Shown here piece by piece: positions 8,143-16,810 of a stretch of 27,642 nt of DNA. Below the pieces are notes generated by a model that made no database searches, was not told the origin of the DNA, and saw only the letters and a program-made list of their open reading frames with translations. Both the position numbers and the translations under genes were made by a program. The stretch covers positions 1-27,642 of IMG/VR virus record IMGVR_UViG_3300030372_002992, one strand, 5' to 3'. This DNA is from a virus (lineage: Duplodnaviria > Caudoviricetes). Numbering within the stretch: position 1 is the stretch's first letter; each line of letters begins with the position of its first letter.

Positions 8143-8315
8143 TGAGATATCAGATCCTGTACACATATCACGGGACCAGGGTTATGCCTGGTCTCAGTAA
8201 TGTGATTGCCTGCGATTACGTGGAAGCGCGTAGTCATATGGAAGCACGGTGCAAGGGCACAGCTCTTGCCTGTGGTTATGAAGGTGTCGCTGAAGTAATC
8301 CCATTAAATGATTAA
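8142..8315 (+). CDS. Hypothetical protein (57 aa)
   Basis: Not in track. MRYQILYTYHGTRVMPG...EVIPLND*; coupled start. Confidence 0.55.
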   Translation: MRYQILYTYHGTRVMPGLSNVIACDYVEARSHMEARCKGTALACGYEGVAEVIPLND

Positions 8316-8317
8316 TC

Positions 8318-8446
8318 ATGGACACCATCATTGAAGAAAACATCGATTTTTGGTACGACTGTCTCGACGACTGTTATGCCAATGATATGCCAATCAAACT
8401 TATATGTGATTATCTCGAAGCAATTACTGATGAAGACACTGAATGA
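8318..8446 (+). CDS. Very acidic small protein (42 aa)
   Basis: Not in track. MDTIIEENIDFWYDCLDDCYANDMPIKLICDYLEAITDEDTE*; stop overlaps the next ATG. Confidence 0.55.
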   Translation: MDTIIEENIDFWYDCLDDCYANDMPIKLICDYLEAITDEDTE

Positions 8447-8643
8447 CTAAAGCTAAATCACTCGATGATGACTATTTCGTCCGCAACGCCATTTACTGCT
8501 GGCTTTATTACATGCCAGATAATCACGAAATGGTTCCAATCTACAAAAAACTTCTTACTCGGGAGAGTTTCAATGTCAAGTCCACCTCACCAAAACCAAG
8601 ACCAGCACGAAGACGAAAGTCTTCACACTCACCCGCTACGTGA
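8443..8643 (+). CDS. Hypothetical early protein
   Basis: MTKAKSLDDDYFVRNAIYCWLYY...; ATGA coupling. Confidence 0.6.
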   Translation: MTKAKSLDDDYFVRNAIYCWLYYMPDNHEMVPIYKKLLTRESFNVKSTSPKPRPARRRKSSHSPAT

Positions 8644-8806
8644 GTACAACGTGACACTTTCTAGTGGGGAATCAATGTATATCCTCGCTCGCAATGGCAT
8701 GGACGCAGCTTATAGCGCCCTGGAGTTGTCCGAAGAAAGGAACACTGACCTTATCAACATATGTATAACAGATGAATGGCAAGAAGAAGAAACCTTACTT
8801 CCCTAA
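8573..8806 (+). CDS. Hypothetical early protein
   Basis: LREYNVTLSSGESMYILA...AAYSALELSEER; start uncertain (ATG 8573 preferred). Confidence 0.55.
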   Translation: MSSPPHQNQDQHEDESLHTHPLREYNVTLSSGESMYILARNGMDAAYSALELSEERNTDLINICITDEWQEEETLLP

Positions 8807-9095
8807 TAACTGGAAAGAGTTCAAGGACGCAGACCCTGAGATGTTCCTTCCACATACCTTCTTAGAAGTTATGGACTGGAAGGTTGCAGGGTGGGAGTTA
8901 CCCAGCAGCGTTAATTGCATTATTCGCACAACTGACCTCGCTACGAAAAAGGTCAAAGAACACGTTTACAAGAGAAAAGGTGCAGCAGATAACAAGATTG
9001 TCGAACTTTTAAACACCAAAACACACGAATTCACCGTAGTCACCCATGAAGCACAGCATTACGTCGGACCAAAACCTCAAAATGATGACGATTGA
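8772..9095 (+). CDS. Conserved-looking cyanopodovirus early hypothetical protein
   Basis: KKPYFPNNW...MDWKVAGWELPSSV.CIIR...KVKEHVYK motif, recalled from T7-like cyanophage early regions. Confidence 0.7.
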   Translation: MNGKKKKPYFPNNWKEFKDADPEMFLPHTFLEVMDWKVAGWELPSSVNCIIRTTDLATKKVKEHVYKRKGAADNKIVELLNTKTHEFTVVTHEAQHYVGPKPQNDDD

Positions 9096-9216
9096 AGCCT
9101 TTAACAGGTCATGCGATACATTGGAGCATGAGGTTAACAACCATCCACATAAAGATGAACTTCTTAATCTGATGTGGGATCAAATCACAGATCTTAGTAC
9201 AACTTGTTACTTGTAA
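9082..9216 (+). CDS. Small hypothetical protein (44 aa)
   Basis: Not in track. MMTIEAFNRSCDTLEHEVNNHPHKDELLNLMWDQITDLSTTCYL*. Confidence 0.55.
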   Translation: MMTIEAFNRSCDTLEHEVNNHPHKDELLNLMWDQITDLSTTCYL

Positions 9217-9268
9217 GAATCATTTTCATGAAATAAAATGACTTAAATCCGCACTATCGGGAGCACAT

Positions 9269-9514
9269 GTGAAGCGAGTTAACTTTTCTATACCCGACCA
9301 GTGCCATACCTTGCTTAAAAGTGTTTGTGCACTTAGGGGTGTAAACATGGGTGAGTATGTTTACGAATGTGTACGTGCTGATTTTAACAAACAAGCTTTT
9401 GAAGATAAACAAGTACAGCAGATCGTACTTGCTGGCACTTATCAACCTGGAAGCAACGCATATCGTCTCAAGGAATCAATCGAGGAGGCCAACAGCCAGA
9501 GCTTCGATAAATAG
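9269..9514 (+). CDS. Ribbon-helix-helix (ParG/CopG-like) DNA-binding protein
   Basis: KRVNFSIP beta-ribbon followed by H..LK..CA..G..M.EYV helices; GTG start with GGGAG RBS. Confidence 0.7.
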   Translation: MKRVNFSIPDQCHTLLKSVCALRGVNMGEYVYECVRADFNKQAFEDKQVQQIVLAGTYQPGSNAYRLKESIEEANSQSFDK

Positions 9515-9588
9515 TGCTAATAGCTGAACCTATGCACTAAGCGCACACGTTGCGCTAACGTAGTGGTGTCCCACAACACACACGGACG

Positions 9589-9945
9589 GTGGACCCACTA
9601 CGCACACAATGTACAGACGGGCGCTTGGAGCAGATCCATAACGCCTTTGAGCTGATTCGCCTGCTGGATCGTGAGATGCCAGGCCAGGTCGTCAGTAGCT
9701 TCCTTTATGTGGCATCACATGATGGTTGTCATGCCAATGCAATGGCTGAGGCTCTTGGTTTGACTGCTGCTTCTTCAAGCCGCAACACAGACATCCTTAG
9801 TACTGGCCGCCCTGGTCGAGTTGCTGAAGGTTTAGACCTTATCACTAAAGAGAGGGACGAGACCAACAGGAGGCTTCAAATCCTCACACTCACGCCGCGT
9901 GGCAAGCAGTTAGCTCAACAAATGAAATCAATCATTTATGGCTAA
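9589..9945 (+). CDS. MarR-like winged-helix regulator
   Basis: MAEALGLTAASSSRNTDIL...LITKERDETNRR..ILTLTPRGK; upstream of and overlapping the integrase. Confidence 0.85.
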   Translation: MDPLRTQCTDGRLEQIHNAFELIRLLDREMPGQVVSSFLYVASHDGCHANAMAEALGLTAASSSRNTDILSTGRPGRVAEGLDLITKERDETNRRLQILTLTPRGKQLAQQMKSIIYG

Positions 9946-10798
9946 TCCATTTACTTGGGGTCAAGCCGTAGAAGAAACATTGCGAACACGTCCGACGTGG
10001 CGTAATGGATCAGGGCGCAAGCCTGCGATCATCAACTGCGGTCATTTCACCAGACATCAAGGTCTTTCTTTTCCTTGTAATCGAATAAACGTCACGGTCA
10101 TGGAAGACCTTGGCATCGAGCTGGAAGAGGAAGGCAAAAGTGATGCCACGATCAACCGTGTCACCTCAGCGGTTTCAACAGTGCTCAATCACTGTGCACG
10201 TCGTGACAGATGTGACAAACCTCCTGCCTTTACAAAGCGCAAGGAAGATGAGCATCGCTTGTCTTACCTATCCAAAGATCAGTTCTGGCGGCTTCACGCT
10301 GCTGCTCTGGACCCTTATGGACGCAAGGATTTGGCAGACGTGATGGCCGTTGCAGCGTTCACCGGAATGCGGCAGGGCGAGCTTTTGAAAATCAAGTGCC
10401 GTGATGTGTCACTTGGAGAGGGTCTGATCCACGTCGGTGGTCTGCCTGATCAGCGCACCAAAGCTCGTAACTACAGAGCAATTCCAATTCATGAACGTAT
10501 CAGCTCGATACTTTCTGAACGTTTGGAATATTCCAATCCAAATGTACGGATCTTTGGTGATGAGTGGTCTGACAAGGATCAACTGCTACGTGCCTTTAAA
10601 AAGGTACGCAAATATGTTGGTTATGAGGAGAGCATTGTGTTTCACACATTGCGCCATTCGTTTGCAACGTGGCATGCGGAAGCAGGTACACCAATGCGAA
10701 CATTAATGGGCCTCACTGGCCATAAGAGGGTCGAGACCGTTTTGCGTTACGCACGACACACAGATCAGGCCGCAGTCCAGGCCATGAGTGCCATTTGA
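9938..10798 (+). CDS. int: Tyrosine recombinase/integrase
   Basis: Catalytic set present: TGMRQGEL (R), TKA (K), HTLRH (HxxR), GH, RY (Y). Confidence 0.95.
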   Translation: MANPFTWGQAVEETLRTRPTWRNGSGRKPAIINCGHFTRHQGLSFPCNRINVTVMEDLGIELEEEGKSDATINRVTSAVSTVLNHCARRDRCDKPPAFTKRKEDEHRLSYLSKDQFWRLHAAALDPYGRKDLADVMAVAAFTGMRQGELLKIKCRDVSLGEGLIHVGGLPDQRTKARNYRAIPIHERISSILSERLEYSNPNVRIFGDEWSDKDQLLRAFKKVRKYVGYEESIVFHTLRHSFATWHAEAGTPMRTLMGLTGHKRVETVLRYARHTDQAAVQAMSAI

Positions 10799-10807
10799 CC
10801 TATTGAC

Positions 10808-11002
10808 ATGATAACCATTATTACTAAAATTTACGGTATCCCACACAACCCGGAGACAATGGACAACGCGACCTATTTGGTCGCAACCAGGCTTATCGAA
10901 GCCATGGAACTTGACTCTGGAGCCAAGAACGAATCGGTGAAACACTCTGATTGGTTCAACGGCCTGGTCGATCACCTAATCGAACACGAAAAGGCGATCT
11001 AG
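10808..11002 (+). CDS. Hypothetical protein between int and attP
   Basis: 64-aa ATG ORF 9 nt after the int stop; an internal ATG at 10859 with a GGAG RBS is an alternative start. Confidence 0.45.
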   Translation: MITIITKIYGIPHNPETMDNATYLVATRLIEAMELDSGAKNESVKHSDWFNGLVDHLIEHEKAI

Positions 11003-11104
11003 GCGTGACTACCACCCCTTCCTGCTACACTCGTTACAAGCAATGGCACTCCATTCTTCTCAGTCTCACAACTGTTGAATCGCTGGAATCCATTGCAGTC
11101 ACAA

Positions 11105-11146
11105 GCGGATGTGGCGGAATTGGTAGACGCGCTAGTTTCAGGTACT
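11105..11146 (+). mobile_element. Putative attP core: 5' 42 nt of tRNA-Leu(CAG)
   Basis: GCGGATGTGGCGGAATTGGTAGACGCGCTAGTTTCAGGTACT gives the acceptor 5' strand, D-arm and anticodon arm (CAG) with no T-arm or 3' strand; lies downstream of int. Confidence 0.85.
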
Positions 11147-11183
11147 GGTTGCTTCTAAGTTTCACTTAGGAAACATTTTACAC

Positions 11184-11218
11184 AAGGCTGGGCTAATCGC
11201 CTGGCCTTTCTTCTTTTT
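11184..11218 (+). terminator. Rho-independent terminator-like hairpin
   Basis: AAGGCTGGGC-TAATC-GCCTGGCCTT then TCTTCTTTTT. Confidence 0.6.
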
Positions 11219-11271
11219 GGATTATTCCACTAAGGAAGATATCTACATCCCAGTTCTAACGCGCATTCTCA

Positions 11272-13614
11272 GTGACTTTATTTGCTGATATCGGTGCTCA
11301 AATTAAGCTTGAGCGTGAACAAATCAAACGAGGATTGGAGAACCTTCACTCCAATACATCAAAGCTCGAAGACAAGAGCTATGCCAGTGCCAGTGTTTAC
11401 GGTGTCGCGTCGATTCAAGAGCTTGTTCCACTAGTAGTGAGACAGATCAATGAGACTGACAACCGCATACATGAAGGTAAAACTGGTGTTGCTTTCAAAG
11501 AAATCCATCAGTTCTTAGAACCTTTGGATGCAGAATCTGCTGCTGTGTTGGCATCAAAAATTACTTTCGACAAGGTTTTCAGTACCAAGCCGAAGGCAAA
11601 TGTGGTTGCCAATACGGCTGATGCATTGGGCTCAGCAGTGGAGCATGAGTGCATGCTTCGCCACTACGAAGCCAAGGTGCCTGGCCTGCTGCACGTCCTG
11701 CAGGAGAACTATTGGCATCGATCCTGCGGTACTGAACAAAAAGTCACAATCATCAGAACCCTGATGAACCGTTATGACGTGCCCCATTGGAAAGCGTGGG
11801 GTAGATCCAACAGGGTCAAGCTTGGTGGATGGCTACTGGACTGCGTTTGCAGAGCCAGCGGCTGGTTCACCGTTGAAATGCGTCAAGAGGGTAAAAAGCG
11901 CCAAAACTACGTGGTGCCTACCCCTGAGTTCATGGTCATCAAGGACCAGGTGATGGCCACGGCTGAGTTATTCAGCCCAATTGCTTGGCCAATGATCGTC
12001 GAACCTAACGACTGGCAGCCTGACGGAACAGGAGGCGGATACATATTGAATGAGGTGATGCACGGCAATGAAATGGTTCGCCGGGGCGATAGGCAGTGTA
12101 TACAGGGAGAAACACCAATCAACTTTCTGAACCACATTCAGAAGGTTGCATACACCCTCAATCCTTTCATTGTTGACGTTGCAAGGACGCTGCAAGAAAG
12201 GGGAATTGCGGTTGGTAAGTTCATCCCTGTTGTTGAGACACCTCTACCACCGAAGCCTGTAGACATCGCAGACAATGCGGAGTCCCGTAAGGACTACAGA
12301 AGACGTGCGGCAGAGGTCATGAATGTCAATGCACAGCAGTTTAAACGTTCATGTCGTACACGTATGACAATGAATGCTGTTGATGTATTTGAAAAGTACG
12401 AGAAGTTCCATTGTCCCTGGAGCCTGGATTACAGGGGGAGATGTTATCCAATTCCTGCATTCTTGACACCACAAGATACTGACTTCGGTAAATCACTCCT
12501 TCGTTTTCACAAACAAGCGTTGATGACACCTGAAGCGGAAGGATGGCTGGCATTTAGCGTTGCAACGACCGCAGGTCTGGATAAAGACACCATGGAGGAC
12601 AGACAGAAATGGGTCAAAGATAACCTTTGGCTCATCGAGGCTGTTGCTACTGACCCCATCGGAAACCTTTCCACTTGGGAAAGTATGGACGAGCCCTGGC
12701 AGTTTTTATCCGCATGTGATGAGTTCTATCACACCTGTATTTTGTGCGATAGAAACTACACAACTCTCCCTGTAGCCGTAGATGCCACCTGCTCTGGGCT
12801 ACAAATACTCGCAGGTTTGGCCCGTGATGCCAGCACAGCACGGTTAGTAAACGTCTTGCCTGGTGATAAACCACAAGATGCATACAAAGTTGTAGCTGAA
12901 GCAAGTATTGACTCTATTCCTGACAAGATCAAACCTTATTGGGATAGAAAATGTACAAAAAGGACGTGTCTTACGATTCCATACAACGCCAAACCCTATT
13001 CAAATCGAAGCTACATACGTGAAGCTTTAAAGGATAAAGAGGTTGAAGTTAGTAATGAAGAACTAACTGGAATTGTCAAAGGTGTCAGAGCTGCAATGGA
13101 CAAGATCGTTCCTGGTCCCATGAGGGTCATGAAATGGATTGAGAAGGAAGTCAGTAATGCCATCGATCGAGGTGACAAGGAGCTGCTGTGGGTCACACCA
13201 TCTGGGTTTGTTGTCACTCAGAAGTTGATGAAAAAGAATGTTGAACGCATCAGGCTTCAATTACTTGGTGATTGCAACATCTTCGTTGCTACTGGTGATA
13301 AAGATGAAGTTGATAAAGCACATCATAAGAACGCAACTGCACCAAATTTGATACATTCTCTCGATGCAAGTTTACTCCACTTATCTGCGCTCCGCTTCAA
13401 CGCACCGCTGGCCCTCATACACGACTCGATTCTATGTCGTGCTACTGACCTCAATATTATTTCATCCATCATTCGTGAGACATACGTTCACTTATTTGCG
13501 GAGCATGACTACTTGAAGTCATGGGGAATGCAAATCGGAGCTGAATCCGAACCACCGATTATTGGCACTCTTAATCCTGAGTCAGTAATTGAATCCACCT
13601 ATTTTTTCTGTTAA
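11272..13614 (+). CDS. T7-like single-subunit RNA polymerase (gp1)
   Basis: DYRGRCY, motif A DATCSGLQ, motif B RKCTKRTCLTIPY, APNLIHSLDA, motif C IHDS. Confidence 0.98.
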   Translation: MTLFADIGAQIKLEREQIKRGLENLHSNTSKLEDKSYASASVYGVASIQELVPLVVRQINETDNRIHEGKTGVAFKEIHQFLEPLDAESAAVLASKITFDKVFSTKPKANVVANTADALGSAVEHECMLRHYEAKVPGLLHVLQENYWHRSCGTEQKVTIIRTLMNRYDVPHWKAWGRSNRVKLGGWLLDCVCRASGWFTVEMRQEGKKRQNYVVPTPEFMVIKDQVMATAELFSPIAWPMIVEPNDWQPDGTGGGYILNEVMHGNEMVRRGDRQCIQGETPINFLNHIQKVAYTLNPFIVDVARTLQERGIAVGKFIPVVETPLPPKPVDIADNAESRKDYRRRAAEVMNVNAQQFKRSCRTRMTMNAVDVFEKYEKFHCPWSLDYRGRCYPIPAFLTPQDTDFGKSLLRFHKQALMTPEAEGWLAFSVATTAGLDKDTMEDRQKWVKDNLWLIEAVATDPIGNLSTWESMDEPWQFLSACDEFYHTCILCDRNYTTLPVAVDATCSGLQILAGLARDASTARLVNVLPGDKPQDAYKVVAEASIDSIPDKIKPYWDRKCTKRTCLTIPYNAKPYSNRSYIREALKDKEVEVSNEELTGIVKGVRAAMDKIVPGPMRVMKWIEKEVSNAIDRGDKELLWVTPSGFVVTQKLMKKNVERIRLQLLGDCNIFVATGDKDEVDKAHHKNATAPNLIHSLDASLLHLSALRFNAPLALIHDSILCRATDLNIISSIIRETYVHLFAEHDYLKSWGMQIGAESEPPIIGTLNPESVIESTYFFC

Positions 13615-14183
13615 TGACCCGAAACACATTTGTAACCGAACAGCCTGTAATCCTTGAAGGATATCAAGCTGTGATGAAACCGTCTAAGTTTGGATATTCT
13701 TTGTCTGCCATTGTTGGTCAGGACATTGTTGACCAGCTTGAAGATGACAGAGTAGAGACACTGAAATGGGCTGAGTCAAAGCTCAAGAACCCAAAGAGGT
13801 CAGTACTTAAGCCCGAACCGTGGGAAGAGGTAGCTGACGGTCAGTACAAGGTCAAGTTCTCTTGGAAAGAAGACGCCAAGCCACCCATCGTTGACACTGA
13901 AGGCACACCGATCACTGACGTTGAAGTTCCTGTTTACTCAGGCAGCAAGGTCAAGCTGGCCTTTTACCAGAAGCCATACATCCTGAAGGATGGCGTGACT
14001 TATGGGTCGAGTCTCAAGCTGAAGGCTGTCCAGATCGTATCCGTCAATGGATCTGCTGGTGTCGATGTGGGCGACATGTCTACTGAAGATGTAGCCGAGC
14101 TGTTCGGAAGCACTACTGGATACAAGGCGTCAGAGCCGAATGTCATTCCCAATGACGCCCAGGATAGTGATGACGACTTTTGA
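13614..14183 (+). CDS. ssDNA-binding protein (gp2.5-like)
   Basis: Position after RNAP; acidic C-terminus ending in F (DSDDDF). Confidence 0.9.
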   Translation: MTRNTFVTEQPVILEGYQAVMKPSKFGYSLSAIVGQDIVDQLEDDRVETLKWAESKLKNPKRSVLKPEPWEEVADGQYKVKFSWKEDAKPPIVDTEGTPITDVEVPVYSGSKVKLAFYQKPYILKDGVTYGSSLKLKAVQIVSVNGSAGVDVGDMSTEDVAELFGSTTGYKASEPNVIPNDAQDSDDDF

Positions 14184-14227
14184 GTATGAGTATCGAGACT
14201 TTGACGAACTTTATGACGACTGGATGA

Positions 14228-14581
14228 ATGGCTTTCCGCTCTGGTCTTGAGGAGCGGGTAGCTGACCTTCTAGTTGATCTGGGTGTCAAATATGAATATG
14301 AATCTACCAAGGTCGATTATGTTATATCTCATATCTATACTCCTGATTTCGTACTTCCTAACGGCGTAATCTTAGAATGTAAAGGATATTGGGATGCAGC
14401 AGACAGGCGCAAGATCAAGACAGTCAAACAACAACATCCTGAACTTGATCTTCGCATGGTGTTTCAGTCACCCTTCAATACGATCAGCAAGAAATCAAAG
14501 ACTACTTACTCCAAATACTGCGAAAAATTAAACATTCCCTGGTGTTCTTTTGCAAGCATACCAATCAAATGGCTCATCTGA
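14228..14581 (+). CDS. Endonuclease I / Holliday junction resolvase (gp3-like)
   Basis: FRSGLE, YTPDF, ECKG, DRRK motifs. Confidence 0.95.
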   Translation: MAFRSGLEERVADLLVDLGVKYEYESTKVDYVISHIYTPDFVLPNGVILECKGYWDAADRRKIKTVKQQHPELDLRMVFQSPFNTISKKSKTTYSKYCEKLNIPWCSFASIPIKWLI

Positions 14582-16160
14582 GTCTGAATTTGTAAGACAC
14601 ATACCGTGTCCTGAATGTGGCTCGTCTGATGCGAACAGTATCTATTCAGACGGCCACCAACACTGTCACAAGTGTGGTTATCACACATTTGCTGACTCCA
14701 CCGTTTCTCACAATCATCACGTGCATCATGTACAACTTGAAGGATCAGCCGGAAGACTGCAATCCAGAAACATTTCAGAAAAGACTTGTGAACTATTCAA
14801 AACCTACAAAGATGGTAGCGGCCTCTTACGCCACTATTATTTCGACAGTTCTGGCAAGGTTGTCGGAGCAAAAGTAAGAACAAAAGACAAACAGTTCAGA
14901 TGTGAAGGTGAAGTGTCATCCCTGTTCGGGATGCAGAACTTCCGTCACAAGACCACTAGCAGGGCCTCGAAGCTCGTTGTTGCCGAGGGCGAGATGGACT
15001 GCATGGCAATCTGGGAGGCACAACCAAATTGGGATGTGGTCTCCATTCCCAATGGTGCTCCAGCTGCAAAGAAAGCATTCCAAAAGAACTACGAGTGGAT
15101 CAACCACTACGACAAAGTAGTCATCTTCTTTGACAACGATGAGGCAGGCCAGAAGGGCGCTAAAGAAGCAGCCAGTGTGTTACCACCTGGCAAGGCTTAC
15201 ATCGGCTTTCTAGAGGATTACAAGGACGCCTGTGATGCTTTAGCTGACACTAACAGTGAAGCAATCAGAGCTGTTTGTAATTACAACCATACCCAATACC
15301 AACCTGACGGCATCGTTGATGCCAAAACACTCCTTGATCTCGTTACCACACCCTCACCACCAGCAGACCATGACTACCCCTTTAAAGGACTCAACAACCT
15401 CTTACATGGGATCCGATACGGAGAGCTTGTCACGATTACTGCAGGCTCTGGGGTCGGAAAAAGTTCCATTCTCAGAGAAATATGTGCTGACCTTCTCCGT
15501 AAGGGAGAGCGGTGCTCTTTCCTGGCGCTTGAAGAATCTAATCGAAGAACAGCACTCGGACTCATGTCTGTCGCCGCTCGAAAGTCTTTACACCTCGGGG
15601 AACAACAACGAAGCGAGCTAGTTGAGATCTTTGATAGCACAATTGCTAACTGGAACTTACATCTCTTCGATGGCTTCGGGTCCTACGACCCAGACCATGT
15701 GTATAACCGCATTGAGTACATGGCGGCTGGCCTTGAATCAAAGGTCATCTTCCTTGATCACTTAAGCATTTTGTTGTCTGGTCTAGAAGGCGATGAACGC
15801 CTGATGATTGACCGCACGATGACAAAACTCAGATCACTAGTTGAACGAACAGGTATCGCTTTATTCCTTGTATGTCATACATCATCCCCACCTAATGGAC
15901 AATCACACGAAGAGGGTGGACGTGTACAACTTCGTTCTCTCAGAGGCTCCAGAAGTATTGGCCAATTGTCAGACAGCGTTATTGCACTCGAAAGAGATCA
16001 ACAGAACGACGCTAAATGCAATGCTACAACAGTGCGAGTCCTTAAAAATCGCTATTCAGGCGAAGTTGGTGAAGCTTGCCAACTGATATACGACCTTGAT
16101 ACTTGTAAATTTAATGAAATTGAAGCAGAACCAGAGTTCGACGCAACAACAGATTTCTAA
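14550..16160 (+). CDS. Primase/helicase (gp4-like)
   Basis: Zn finger CPECGSSD...HCHKC, TOPRIM EGEMD/FDNDEAG, Walker A GSGVGKS, LDH, LRGS, KNR. Start uncertain (TTG). Confidence 0.97.
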   Translation: MQAYQSNGSSESEFVRHIPCPECGSSDANSIYSDGHQHCHKCGYHTFADSTVSHNHHVHHVQLEGSAGRLQSRNISEKTCELFKTYKDGSGLLRHYYFDSSGKVVGAKVRTKDKQFRCEGEVSSLFGMQNFRHKTTSRASKLVVAEGEMDCMAIWEAQPNWDVVSIPNGAPAAKKAFQKNYEWINHYDKVVIFFDNDEAGQKGAKEAASVLPPGKAYIGFLEDYKDACDALADTNSEAIRAVCNYNHTQYQPDGIVDAKTLLDLVTTPSPPADHDYPFKGLNNLLHGIRYGELVTITAGSGVGKSSILREICADLLRKGERCSFLALEESNRRTALGLMSVAARKSLHLGEQQRSELVEIFDSTIANWNLHLFDGFGSYDPDHVYNRIEYMAAGLESKVIFLDHLSILLSGLEGDERLMIDRTMTKLRSLVERTGIALFLVCHTSSPPNGQSHEEGGRVQLRSLRGSRSIGQLSDSVIALERDQQNDAKCNATTVRVLKNRYSGEVGEACQLIYDLDTCKFNEIEAEPEFDATTDF

Positions 16161-16326
16161 TCTGCAGCGATCGATCCAACAACAAATCTGGAAAGCAGAA
16201 CAGGATGCTTACTTGAAACGACCTAATCCACCTACACCTGAAGCAGTACAGAAAGCTCAGTTTGTAGATAAAACCTACCACTGGAACAATGCTGGTATTC
16301 GACCTAGAAACCGACGGACTACTTGA
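16096..16326 (+). CDS. Hypothetical protein
   Basis: LKRPNPPTPEAV.KAQFVDKTY.W; fills the gap between helicase and polymerase; start uncertain. Confidence 0.55.
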   Translation: MILVNLMKLKQNQSSTQQQISNLQRSIQQQIWKAEQDAYLKRPNPPTPEAVQKAQFVDKTYHWNNAGIRPRNRRTT

Positions 16327-16810
16327 TGATGTTACCCAAGTCCACTGTCTTGTTATCTACGACAGCGAGGCTGACCAAACAGTACATTACAACGATCAGG
16401 GAAACGAAGAACCGATTGTTCGAGGAGTTCAGAGACTGGAGGATGCTGACATTATTGTCGGTCATAATGTTTTGGGCTATGACCTACCCGTATTACATAA
16501 AATTTATCCCTGGTTTGATCCAAAAGCATTAGTCATTGACACATTATTGCTCTCACGTTTGTACTACACCGACAGATTGGAACAAGACTTTGGACGTAAA
16601 GATGATCGTCCAAACATGCCTTTACAACTTTATGGGCGACATAGCTTAGAAAGTTACGGGCACCGAATGAAAGAGTACAAAGGTGAGTTTGGAAAGACAA
16701 CTGACTGGCAGCAGTGGTCACCAGAGATGGAGACGTACTGCGCCCAAGACGTAAAAGTTACCACCAGATTATGCGACCACTTCCACAAATTCCTCAGTGG
16801 GTGCTACTAG
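16289..16810 (+). CDS. DNA polymerase A, 3'-5' exonuclease part (split gene, ORF1)
   Basis: ExoI FDLETDG, ExoII GHNVLGYD, ExoIII YCAQDV; ends at TAG 16808-16810. Confidence 0.92.
   Translation: MLVFDLETDGLLDDVTQVHCLVIYDSEADQTVHYNDQGNEEPIVRGVQRLEDADIIVGHNVLGYDLPVLHKIYPWFDPKALVIDTLLLSRLYYTDRLEQDFGRKDDRPNMPLQLYGRHSLESYGHRMKEYKGEFGKTTDWQQWSPEMETYCAQDVKVTTRLCDHFHKFLSGCY

Noticed and set aside
10951-11169. 72-aa ORF across the attP region
   Set aside because: It overlaps the upstream ORF and the tRNA-derived core and shows no protein-like features or RBS.
11105-11190. Complete tRNA-Leu gene
   Set aside because: Similarity stops in the anticodon stem; no variable arm, T-arm or 3' acceptor strand follows.
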